Assembly (NCBI GenBank): GCA_963806035.1
Contig: CAWDWO010000014.1
Span: forward strand, 1 to 64,000
Direction of reading: 5' to 3'
Source of the DNA: Candidatus Krumholzibacteriota bacterium
Lineage (GTDB): Bacteria; Krumholzibacteriota; Krumholzibacteriia; JAJRXK01
DNA: 64,000 nt
Part shown: in pieces, positions 1-11,933 of the stretch
Layout: each line of letters begins with the position of its first letter
Position numbering within the stretch: the first letter of the stretch is position 1
Translations under genes and position numbers: made by a program
The notes under the pieces: model-generated
Told to the model about the DNA's origin: nothing
What the model saw: only the letters and a program-made list of their open reading frames with translations
The model's database searches: none

Positions 1-28
1 TGACACCTCCCCCCCCAACCCCTATACT
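1..28 (+). promoter_or_regulatory. Sigma70-type promoter of the first kinase gene
   Basis: (T)TGACA at 1-5, 17-bp spacer, TATACT at 23-28; GGAG at 61-64 precedes GTG at 75. Confidence 0.6.
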
Positions 29-74
29 CCCCCCATCCCCCTGACCCGCGCCCGCGTCCTGGAGTCGCCACCCC

Positions 75-2493
<2,419 letters not shown>

Positions 2494-2498
2494 ACGCC

Positions 2499-5336
2499 CT
2501 ACTCCACCTTCCCCAAATACCGATCCAACCACGCCATCGATTCACGGATCAGATCCGCTTTGGGGACGGTATGGCCGCGCTCGTACATCAGCTGCTTCTT
2601 GTCCTTGGGCGGCGTACCCAAGAGATCGAACATGGGACGTTGGGAAGTCTCGGCCGGGAAGAAGAAGTCCAGGGCGCCATTGAGCATCAGCGTGGGTTGC
2701 GTCACGCGGGTGACGTAGTTGATCTGGTCGGCTTCGGGCAGCGCCCGCTGGAAACAAATCCCTGCCACGTAGAGCACGTTGGCTTTGATCCGGGGCTCGA
2801 TCGCCGGCAGGATGGCCCCCATCGCGCCGCCCCAGCTGACCCCGAAGTAGGCCAGGCGATCGGCGTCCAGATCTTCGCGTGACTCCACGAAGTCGATGGC
2901 CCGTCCCAGATCCTTGCCCCACATGATCACATGGTCCTTGTAGAGCGCGGTCTCCTCCGGAGTGTCGGCCGTCAACTCGCCACCGCGTTCATAGGTGCCC
3001 TTGTAGACCGGCAACAGCACGGCCCGCCCGCCGCGGGCCAAGAAGTCCAGGCGGTGGAATTCCGCGGGACTGAACACCCGATTGTGCAGCGCCAGCGATC
3101 CCGGGAAGATGATGACGGTCTGGTACGGCGGCTTGGCGCGCGACGGCAAGAACAGGTGCAGGTTCATCCGCTCGCCGCCGTAGGCGGTCGTGACCTCGCA
3201 GGTCTGCCAGCGGCCGGTCGAGATCTCCTGATCATCGATCAACTTGGTCTCGAGCGGCTTGCGGTCGTAATGGAACTGACGCTTGAAGTATTCGAACACC
3301 TCATCCGGCACCGGCGTTTCGGCGCGCACGTCACGGAAGGGGATCGGGATCGAGCGCTCCAGCTGCTGCGCATTGGGATCATTCTTTTGCGCGCGCATGC
3401 AGCGAAATCCGTTGCTCACCGAACGGTCGAAGGCCAGCTGCGCGTAGGCGTCGACAAACGCATAGCCCTGATCGTTCCAGCCGCCGCCCAGGATGAAGCG
3501 CTCCCCGGGTCGATCGATGGGGTTGAGAATCCACTCGCGCACGTTGCCGGCCAGGTCGTGCACCCCGAAACGATTGAGGCTGGAGGTCGTGCCCACCGGC
3601 ACCGTGCCGTGGCCCGCGAAATTGGCGGCCGGCGCGATCTGCGCGCTGGAGAACGTGAACGCCACCCGACTCCAGTGAAAGATCGTGGGAAGTGACTTGG
3701 CAGCCCACGCGGCATAGGCCGCCGCTTCGTACCAGCTGATCCCCGTCACCGGGTGCTCGTCCTCGCCGGCGGGATACTCGCCCATCATCCAGCTCGCGGG
3801 GCCGGGTTGTCCCACCGCGTCCACGAAACGCGCCATCGCCTCCGCGCGCGAAAGGACCTGGTCCTTGTCCTGGAAGGGCTCGCGCCAGAACTCCTCGCGC
3901 GCGTAGCCGCCGTCATCCACGAAGCGCTTATACTGGCGATTCGTCACCGGATGCCGGTCCATGAAATAGGCGCCCATCATTTCGGTTTCCAGATGGTCCA
4001 GTCCCGGCATGTAGAGGGGGAAGCCGCCCGGAGCCACCTCCTCCATCTCCTCGGGGAGTTCTGACGGCGGGCGCATCGCGTAATGCCAGGTGCAGCTTTC
4101 CTGGTCCATGGCGTTGGTCAAGTTGGGCGCGAGGTTCCACACCAGATCGTGCACGGTGCGGTGGTGGGGCATCTCCAAGCGCAGCCGCGTCAGCCCGCGC
4201 GGAAACGAGATCGACTGCAAGGGGGTGGTGCCGAGCGCGATCTCCTTCCCGGGCGGATCCTCATAGTACGCGGCGAAGGCCTGCGCTCCCGGCGGATCCG
4301 TGGTGATCGAGATTGGATTGGCGAAGTCGGACCGCAGCCTCTCCACCATCGTTTCCCCCGGCGTGATTCTCTCGATTTCGGCCGCCAGTTCGAAGGCGGT
4401 CCAGCAATCGCGATCCTCCTGCACCACCGTGTTTCCCTCGCACAGCCGGATCAACTCCGGCAGCCCCTCTTCACGCGGCCAACGGCGCAGGGCGGCCAGG
4501 GCGTCGACCACTTGCGAAACCTCGCCGAAGCGGTCGGCCGGGTCCTTCTCCAGGCAACGCTTCACGATACGATCGAGCCTCTGTGGCATGGCATCGTTGC
4601 GGCGCTGAAGGGGCTCGGGCCTCTCGTGCAGCATCGAACTCAGACGCGTCACCGGATCTTTGCCCGAGAAGGGGCGCTGGCCGGTCGCCATCTCGTAGAG
4701 CACGCAACCCAGGGCGAAGATGTCCGAGCGTTCGTCGGCCTCCTTGCCTTCGATTTGTTCCGGCGACATGTAGGCGAAGGTGCCGACCAGGGCTCCCGGC
4801 GTGGTCAGCGGGGACACGACCGTGCGCGCGAGCTCGTCAGCTGTTTCCTGCTGAGGCAGCGCCGCCGGACGCGCCAGTCCGAAGTCCAGCAACTTGATGC
4901 CCTTGGTGGTCACCATCAGGTTGCTGGGCTTCAGATCGCGATGCACCAGCCCGACACGGTGAGCTTCCATGAGCGCCGCGGTGATCTGCTCCGCGAATTG
5001 CAGCAGTTCGTCAAAGGGCAACGGCCCGCGCGCCAGACGCGAGTCCAGCGTCTCGCCTTCGATGAGTTCCATCACCAGATAGTGGAGCTCGTCGTGCTGC
5101 CCCACGTCGTGCAGCGTGCAGATGTTCGGATGGCTGAGTCGTGACAGAGTGCGCGCTTCGCGGGTGAAGCGCTCCCTGAATTCGGAGGAGGTCTGCAGGC
5201 TCGCCGGCAGGACCTTGATCGCCACCTCACGCTCCAGCCGCGTGTCGCGCGCCCGATAGACCTCGCCCATCCCCCCCGCGCCGAGAGAATCGACGATCAG
5301 ATAGGGGCCCAGTCGGGTGTTGGGGGCAAGGGACAC
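2499..5336 (-). CDS. Ser/Thr kinase fused to FGE-sulfatase (SUMF1) domain and alpha/beta hydrolase
   Basis: Kinase motifs; HPVTNRQY, HPVTGISWYEAAAY, HDLAGNVREW, GFRC; GVSWGG nucleophile, LNGALD, GHTVP; GTG start at 5336 with AGAGG RBS. Confidence 0.9.
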   Translation of the reverse strand: MSLAPNTRLGPYLIVDSLGAGGMGEVYRARDTRLEREVAIKVLPASLQTSSEFRERFTREARTLSRLSHPNICTLHDVGQHDELHYLVMELIEGETLDSRLARGPLPFDELLQFAEQITAALMEAHRVGLVHRDLKPSNLMVTTKGIKLLDFGLARPAALPQQETADELARTVVSPLTTPGALVGTFAYMSPEQIEGKEADERSDIFALGCVLYEMATGQRPFSGKDPVTRLSSMLHERPEPLQRRNDAMPQRLDRIVKRCLEKDPADRFGEVSQVVDALAALRRWPREEGLPELIRLCEGNTVVQEDRDCWTAFELAAEIERITPGETMVERLRSDFANPISITTDPPGAQAFAAYYEDPPGKEIALGTTPLQSISFPRGLTRLRLEMPHHRTVHDLVWNLAPNLTNAMDQESCTWHYAMRPPSELPEEMEEVAPGGFPLYMPGLDHLETEMMGAYFMDRHPVTNRQYKRFVDDGGYAREEFWREPFQDKDQVLSRAEAMARFVDAVGQPGPASWMMGEYPAGEDEHPVTGISWYEAAAYAAWAAKSLPTIFHWSRVAFTFSSAQIAPAANFAGHGTVPVGTTSSLNRFGVHDLAGNVREWILNPIDRPGERFILGGGWNDQGYAFVDAYAQLAFDRSVSNGFRCMRAQKNDPNAQQLERSIPIPFRDVRAETPVPDEVFEYFKRQFHYDRKPLETKLIDDQEISTGRWQTCEVTTAYGGERMNLHLFLPSRAKPPYQTVIIFPGSLALHNRVFSPAEFHRLDFLARGGRAVLLPVYKGTYERGGELTADTPEETALYKDHVIMWGKDLGRAIDFVESREDLDADRLAYFGVSWGGAMGAILPAIEPRIKANVLYVAGICFQRALPEADQINYVTRVTQPTLMLNGALDFFFPAETSQRPMFDLLGTPPKDKKQLMYERGHTVPKADLIRESMAWLDRYLGKVE

Positions 5337-5393
5337 GTTTTTTCCTCTGGCAAACTTCGGGGGGTGCAATTCTCGATCAGCTCGGAGAGAAGT

Positions 5394-7985
5394 TCAAGCC
5401 CCACCCCTCTCCGCCGCTTCCAACCTTTCCCGCCACACTGTGCTCTGCTGCTCGTACTTGCCCGGTGTCTGCTCATCCCAGCGCTGAAAGTCGTCCACGA
5501 TCGCGCGCAGGATGCTGGTCGTCTCGGCCTCGCCGACCGGGAGGTCGTCGGCCACCTGCTTCCACAGCTCCTGGGCCTGATCGATCTTGTCCTGCCGAGC
5601 GAGCACCAGTCCCAGATGGGCGCCGACGAGCGCGCGCGAGTAGAGGTCATCGGCCTGCTCCTTGGCCAAGACTTCGCTGGTATTCCGCAGCACGCGCTCC
5701 GACTCCTCCAGGCGGCCTTGCTGGAATAGCACCATGCCCAGGATGTCATCTGCTTCCAGAGTGAGATAGTGCGTGGCGCCCAGGGTGGAATCGAAGTCGG
5801 CGATGGTCCGCTGCACCCGCCGCTCGGCCTCATCCAATCGCCCCAGCTTCATCAGACAGGAGGCCAGGCGGGCGCTCGAGCGCAGCGTTTGCGGATGCTT
5901 CGCTCCCAGCGCCTTGCTGCGCGCCGACAGCACCTGGCGATGCAATGACTCCGCCTCCTCGTAGTCCCCCAGCACTTCGTGGACTTCCGCCAGGTTGTTC
6001 CAGGTGTTGAGGGTGCTGGGATGCGTATCGCCCAGAATCTTCTTCTTGAGCTGCAGCGCGCGTTCGTACATGGGGATGGCCTTCTTCAGCCGGCCCTCAC
6101 TGGCATAGACGTTGGCCAGGTTGTTCAGCACGGAGAGGGTCGCGGGATCCTCCTCGCCGAGTTGGCGCTTTCTGATTTCATACACCTTGGATAACAGTGG
6201 TTCGGCGTCCCCGTTGCGCGCCAGTTCCTGATAGAGGGAAGCCAGGGCGTTCATGGTGGTCAGCGTGCGCCCGTCCTCTTCTCCCAGGCTCGCGCGTTGC
6301 ACCTGAAGCACTTTGAGAAGAAGTTGCTCCGCCTCCTCGGTTTTCGAGAGCCGCGAATAGACCTCTGCCAGACTGCGCATCCACGAGCTCACTCGCGCGT
6401 CCTTCTCACCGAGAGCCGCGCTCCCCAAGTCGATCGCCTTCTTCAGGCTCTCCTCGGCTTCCTCGTAGCGTCCCTGGTACTGACGGAGATTTCCCAGATC
6501 CGCCAGCGCATCGGCCAGCTCGAGGCGGTCGCGTCCGGGATGCTCCTGTCGGATGGATAGGGCGCGCACGAGATGGAGTTCGGCCGCATCGTATTCACCG
6601 AGCCGTACGTAGGTATTGCCCAAAGTGCTCTGGATCGCGGCCTCGACCGCAGGCATGGTGGCAAAACGCTCCTTGGTCTCCTCGCTCGTGTCGATTTTCT
6701 GGGACGCTACATCCAGGACCTCGCGCATGGACACGTCCTTCCCCCGTCCCTTTTGGGAAGATGGCGCGACTGCGGACAGAAGATCGTCGTTGAGAAAATT
6801 GTTTACCGTCCGGGCGACGAATGCCTCCTGCGTTGCGCGCCGTTCGGCGCGGGTGGCGCGCATTAGCCCCCAGAGGGTTACAGTCATCGCAACCACGAGC
6901 GCCACGAAGATCACCCCGATCGTGACGAAGGTTCCCCGATTGCGCTGCACCAGCTTCCGCAGCTTGTAGACTCTGTCCGGTGGCCGCGCCACGACCGGCT
7001 CGTTGGCCAGATAGCGGCGGATATCGGCTGCGAAATCGTTGGCGGTGGTGTAACGGCGGTTGCGGTCCTTCTCCAGCGCCTTCATCACGATCCAGTCGAG
7101 ATCGCCGCGAAGCGCGCGCACCAATGTCTCGAGTTTCGTCTTACGCTGCTGCGCGACCTCTTGCAGCGGATCGGGCTGCCCTTTGAGCCGGGTCGAGGGC
7201 GTCGGAGGATCGACTTCGCGGATCATGTGGCGGATGCCGTCGAATCCGGCGCTCCTCAGCGTCTGTGAATCGAAGGGCAGAGCACCCACCAGCAACTCGT
7301 AGAGAATGACCCCGAGGGCGTAGACGTCGGTGCGGGTGTCGACGTCCTCGCTGCTGATCTCCGCCTGCTCGGGGCTCATGTATTCCGGCGTCCCCAAGAG
7401 CTGACCCATCTGGGTAACCATCGTCTGCTCACTCAGTGAATTCGAAACCGCTTTGGCGATCCCGAAGTCGATGATCTTCGGTTGCGGTTTGCCATGGATC
7501 TCGCTCACCAGAACGTTGCTCGGCTTCAAGTCGCGGTGGATCATCGCCTTGTTGTGCGCGTGCTGGACGCCGTCGCAGACCGCGCCGAATAACTCCAGCC
7601 TCTCCCGCAAGCTGAGCCGCCTCTCGTCGCAGTAGCTCGTCAGGGGCACGCCCTGTACGTACTCCATTACGAAGTAGGGGCGTCCCGAAGGGGCGGTCCC
7701 GGCGTCGTAGATCTTGGCGATGGCCGGATGATCCATCATCGCCAGGGCCTGGCGCTCGGCCTGAAAGCGCGCCACCACCTGACTCGTATCCATGCCCTGC
7801 TTGATGACCTTGAGGGCCACCTGGCGCTGGATCGGCTGCTTCTGTTCGGCCAGCCAGACTTCCCCCATCCCTCCCACGCCCAGGCGGCGCAGCAGCGTGT
7901 AGGGACCGATGCGCTCGCCCTTCGCCGAGCCATCCCGCCCAGGTTGATCATCACCCATGTTCTCGGTAGGATGTTCGTCGATCAT
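5394..7985 (-). CDS. Ser/Thr kinase with TM helix and kinesin-light-chain-type TPRs
   Basis: GVGGMGEVW, HRDLKPSN, IDFG, GTPEYMSPEQ, LRGDLDWIVMKALEKDRNRRY; repeats LGEEDPATLSVLNNLA. Confidence 0.92.
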   Translation of the reverse strand: MIDEHPTENMGDDQPGRDGSAKGERIGPYTLLRRLGVGGMGEVWLAEQKQPIQRQVALKVIKQGMDTSQVVARFQAERQALAMMDHPAIAKIYDAGTAPSGRPYFVMEYVQGVPLTSYCDERRLSLRERLELFGAVCDGVQHAHNKAMIHRDLKPSNVLVSEIHGKPQPKIIDFGIAKAVSNSLSEQTMVTQMGQLLGTPEYMSPEQAEISSEDVDTRTDVYALGVILYELLVGALPFDSQTLRSAGFDGIRHMIREVDPPTPSTRLKGQPDPLQEVAQQRKTKLETLVRALRGDLDWIVMKALEKDRNRRYTTANDFAADIRRYLANEPVVARPPDRVYKLRKLVQRNRGTFVTIGVIFVALVVAMTVTLWGLMRATRAERRATQEAFVARTVNNFLNDDLLSAVAPSSQKGRGKDVSMREVLDVASQKIDTSEETKERFATMPAVEAAIQSTLGNTYVRLGEYDAAELHLVRALSIRQEHPGRDRLELADALADLGNLRQYQGRYEEAEESLKKAIDLGSAALGEKDARVSSWMRSLAEVYSRLSKTEEAEQLLLKVLQVQRASLGEEDGRTLTTMNALASLYQELARNGDAEPLLSKVYEIRKRQLGEEDPATLSVLNNLANVYASEGRLKKAIPMYERALQLKKKILGDTHPSTLNTWNNLAEVHEVLGDYEEAESLHRQVLSARSKALGAKHPQTLRSSARLASCLMKLGRLDEAERRVQRTIADFDSTLGATHYLTLEADDILGMVLFQQGRLEESERVLRNTSEVLAKEQADDLYSRALVGAHLGLVLARQDKIDQAQELWKQVADDLPVGEAETTSILRAIVDDFQRWDEQTPGKYEQQSTVWRERLEAAERGGA

Positions 7986-7999
7986 AGTTCACCTGCCGT

Positions 8000-8086
8000 T
8001 TAGGCCACCCAATCGCGTAGCCGCTTCTTGGCTTCCGCCACCTCGCAGGCGGCACGGATCGCATGCCCGAGCTGTTGACGATTCAT
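8000..8086 (-). pseudogene. Collapsed remnant of a DUF6036-like nucleotidyltransferase gene (28 aa)
   Basis: ATGA overlap with the upstream stop; MNRQQLGHAIRAACEVAEAKKRLRDWVA*; the first 16 aa resemble DUF6036 N-termini as recalled. Confidence 0.55.
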
Positions 8087-9036
8087 GAGCGTCTCCCACG
8101 GGTTCGGTCGGGGTCCATCTCTGTTGCTTTGAGAAACGCCAAGGGCATGGACTGCCGGAGACGAATTGCTTGCTCACTGTCGCTGACGAGCCATCGAGCC
8201 AATTTCGTGACACTCATTCCATCCAGCACCTGCTGCCACTCTCGCAAAGTCTGCGCTTCCTGCGGCCCCACCTTCTCCAGCTGAGCGCTAATCTCTTCTC
8301 TCGCCATGCGCACGAGTTCCGGCCGAGAAGTGAGGATCGATGCCAGACGCATGGCTCTGTCGTGCAGTTCCTCGTCGATCCTCTGATGCGATCTTGCGCG
8401 TTGAGAGTCTCCTAGCTCATTCGTACTGAGCTCAGCAGGAAGCACCCCCCAGAGTTGCCGCAAGCGGTCCGAAGGGGGTAAGGGGGATTCCCCCACAAGC
8501 TTCAGGTCGGCGAGACTCCAACCGCTTACCTCGATCAGTAGATCCTCCGATCGCATGAGAGGGACGACGGCGGTGCGAAGAGCATCGACAAGTTGATCCA
8601 CATCGGAGCTGTTCGCCAAGAGACCGATCTCGATCGTCGAGCTTCGCCCTTCGGGCTGCTCCGTCATCCAGACGAACTGTGCCCTCTCGGCGTGCTCATG
8701 AACCAGTGTGACGATGGCGTCGACCACCCGCTCGTATCGCTCTCGCTCTGCCCGAAAGATTTCGCGCAGCGATGCCGCAAGCGGGTGGCTCGCGTTCCAG
8801 CGCACGAGCTGCTGCGATCCCGTTCCGACCCTCTGGAACAGCCCCGTTTCTATGAGACGGGACACCGCTGTCTGGGTCGAACGGAGGTGTTCGCCCGCTC
8901 TGCGGGAGAGCTCGCGCACGGTCATCGGTTCCCGGTCTCGTTCGAGCACGCGGAGCGCCCGGATTTGGCTACGAGTGCCGAGAATCAGGTCCCAGGGCGT
9001 GCTCAGAGATTGCTTCTCGCGACGGCTCTCGCTCAT
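8083..9036 (-). CDS. Winged-HTH protein with degenerate nucleotidyltransferase-like middle and antitoxin-like C-terminal domain
   Basis: MTVRELSRRAGEHLRSTQTAVSRLIETG HTH; C-terminal EWQQVL...AIRLRQSMPL resembles the RLRQSSPF motif. Confidence 0.7.
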   Translation of the reverse strand: MSESRREKQSLSTPWDLILGTRSQIRALRVLERDREPMTVRELSRRAGEHLRSTQTAVSRLIETGLFQRVGTGSQQLVRWNASHPLAASLREIFRAERERYERVVDAIVTLVHEHAERAQFVWMTEQPEGRSSTIEIGLLANSSDVDQLVDALRTAVVPLMRSEDLLIEVSGWSLADLKLVGESPLPPSDRLRQLWGVLPAELSTNELGDSQRARSHQRIDEELHDRAMRLASILTSRPELVRMAREEISAQLEKVGPQEAQTLREWQQVLDGMSVTKLARWLVSDSEQAIRLRQSMPLAFLKATEMDPDRTRGRRS

Positions 9037-9057
9037 GGATGGACCTTTCTTTAGGTT

Positions 9058-9087
9058 GTCATATGACTAAACTAATAGTCACTTGAC
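9058..9087. promoter_or_regulatory. Tandem palindromic operator boxes GTCA-NN-TGAC upstream of the HTH gene
   Basis: GTCATATGAC 9058-9067 and GTCACTTGAC 9078-9087, starts 20 bp apart, in an AT-rich spacer. Confidence 0.6.
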
Positions 9088-9116
9088 GATTAGGATGCAA
9101 TAATACTACCCCCCCC

Positions 9117-9145
9117 TTACCGAGGTAGCCACCAGTAGCTACTTT
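9117..9145 (+). promoter_or_regulatory. Probable leaderless promoter with Phd-type tandem operator
   Basis: TTACCG 9117-9122, 17 bp, TACTTT 9140-9145, ATG at 9152; GTAGCCAC 9125-9132 and GTAGCTAC 9135-9142. Confidence 0.5.
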
Positions 9146-9151
9146 GCTCCC

Positions 9152-10711
9152 ATGAAAACCGTCGGCATCAAGGAGCTCAAAAACAACCTGAGCGCGTATC
9201 TGCGGGAGGTGCGCAGCGGCACGCGCATCCTCGTCTTCACTCTATTGAGTGGCCTGATCTGTCTTGCCGTCGCTGGCTCGCCCAGCCAGGCCGCGGACTC
9301 TTTGGATACCTATCCCTCTTTCGTTCCGATCACCCGCGGCACCGCCGTGGATTCCACGGGAATGGCCTGCGTAGGAAGTCTCGACGCCTGGCAGTCGCGG
9401 GACGAGATCGAAGCCTACGTGGCCTCATCTCCGGTCGATCCGGATTTCGTGGTGGCCGCGTGGATGTTGCGCGCCCCCGGTGGGCCGGGCGGCATGCAGG
9501 CCGCGGTGAGCCGTGACGGGGGCCGTACATGGTCCCCACCCACGACCCTCCCACTGGGAGCCTGCGCCGGCGGCGGCGCGGACGCACGCTATGTTTCCGA
9601 TCCCTGGCTGAGCATCGACAAAGCCGATCGGGTCTATCTCTCGGGCATCGAGTGGACCCCCGGCCCAGACGACGCACCGGATTCCGTGAGCACCTTGGTG
9701 GTCGTGGTTTCAAACGATCACGGCAAGAGCTGGCCCCTGCGCACCGTGGTGTCCACGCGCGCCGCCAACGGCGTGACCCTGGACAACACCGCCATCGTCG
9801 CCGATCCGGACAGCGCCGGATATGCCTGGGTCACCGCGACACGATTTGGCGTCAGCGCGGCTCCGGCTGCGGTCGCTCGCACCCAAGACGGCGGAAGGAG
9901 CTGGACGCAGCTACAACCGGTACCCGTGCCCGGACCAAAGGCACCTATCGCCCTGGCACCGCAGCCACTTCTCGGCCGCGACTCGATGCGACTTTGGCTG
10001 GTCTTCGGACACGATCCGCGCGGAGCCCGCGAGGCATTCGTCGTCTCCCACGACGCGGGCAGGTCCTGGTCGAAGCCCGCACCCATCGACGCCTGGCAAC
10101 GCCCGCGGCACTGGCCGAAGTTTCCCGGCACCGAGGACAGGATCGAGGTCGGCAGCGACATCGTGTCGGCGGGAATTCACCGCCCGAGTAACACCTTGTG
10201 GGTCGTCCATCAGTCATCCCGGCCGGACAGCCTCCCCACGATCACTCTTTTGGGATCAAAGGATGGGGGAAGCTCGTGGACCCGATCACGGGTGTTTCCT
10301 GAAACGGAAGTGGGATGGCGTCCCACGCTCGCGGTGGAATCCCATGGCGCGCTCGCCGTCACCTGGTTCCGTCCCGATTCCCTGCTGGCCGGCGATCCTC
10401 CTCCGACGCATCCGACCGCGCTCGAGCTGGCCTGGCTGCGACCGACCGGTGACGGTGGCGCCACGGTACTCTCGCGCCAGGTGATCGATCGCTTCGACTG
10501 GACCCCGCGAAGAAATGGAAGCTGGTTCCTGGGGGACTACCATGGATTGACGGTGGTGCGCGACGCCGCGCTCGCGGTGTACTCGCGCCCCACGCCCGAG
10601 GGCATCCGCGTGTGCGCGGTCCGCGTACCGATTCCGCCCGTGGCCGGGGCCACCGGACACGTCCACCGGATCAGTCATCCCGGTCGCCCCTACCTCGACG
10701 AGACTCCCTAG
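9152..10711 (+). CDS. Secreted BNR/Asp-box (sialidase-like) beta-propeller with a Phd/YefM antitoxin-like N-terminus
   Basis: Asp boxes SRDGGRTW, SNDHGKSW, TQDGGRSW, SHDAGRSW, SKDGGSSW; FLGDYHGL; starts MKTVGIKELKNNLSAYLREVRSGTRILV followed by a hydrophobic stretch and SQA site. Confidence 0.8.
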   Translation: MKTVGIKELKNNLSAYLREVRSGTRILVFTLLSGLICLAVAGSPSQAADSLDTYPSFVPITRGTAVDSTGMACVGSLDAWQSRDEIEAYVASSPVDPDFVVAAWMLRAPGGPGGMQAAVSRDGGRTWSPPTTLPLGACAGGGADARYVSDPWLSIDKADRVYLSGIEWTPGPDDAPDSVSTLVVVVSNDHGKSWPLRTVVSTRAANGVTLDNTAIVADPDSAGYAWVTATRFGVSAAPAAVARTQDGGRSWTQLQPVPVPGPKAPIALAPQPLLGRDSMRLWLVFGHDPRGAREAFVVSHDAGRSWSKPAPIDAWQRPRHWPKFPGTEDRIEVGSDIVSAGIHRPSNTLWVVHQSSRPDSLPTITLLGSKDGGSSWTRSRVFPETEVGWRPTLAVESHGALAVTWFRPDSLLAGDPPPTHPTALELAWLRPTGDGGATVLSRQVIDRFDWTPRRNGSWFLGDYHGLTVVRDAALAVYSRPTPEGIRVCAVRVPIPPVAGATGHVHRISHPGRPYLDETP

Positions 10712-10819
10712 TAGTCCAGCGACGGCTGGATCTATTTCCAGAGCAACCGCGGCGGTTCCTTCGCGCTCTACCGCATGCGTTCCGACGGTTCACAGCAGCA
10801 GCCGGTGGGACAACCATAG
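10712..10819 (+). pseudogene. PD40/TolB-like repeat remnant in frame after tandem TAG TAG
   Basis: ETP**SSDGWIYFQSNRGGSFALYRMRSDGSQQQPV matches the PxWSPDG..IxFxSxRxG..LY pattern. Confidence 0.6.
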
Positions 10820-10863
10820 AGCATCGTGACGCAGGCGACTTCCTCCCATCGTGCTTAGCATGA

Positions 10864-11886
<1,023 letters not shown>

Positions 11887-11933
11887 GGCCGAAGTCCGAA
11901 GCTCGAGAGGAGTTCCCGACGGCCGCCCGTAGC

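Noticed and set aside
2494..2882. C-terminal extension of the 935-aa kinase ORF
   Set aside because: It is antisense to a well-supported gene and is explained by a one-base insertion at 2468-2471
10709..10714. Amber recoding or read-through
   Set aside because: TAG is the normal stop of intact genes here (11884-11886, 20793-20795, 51921-51923)
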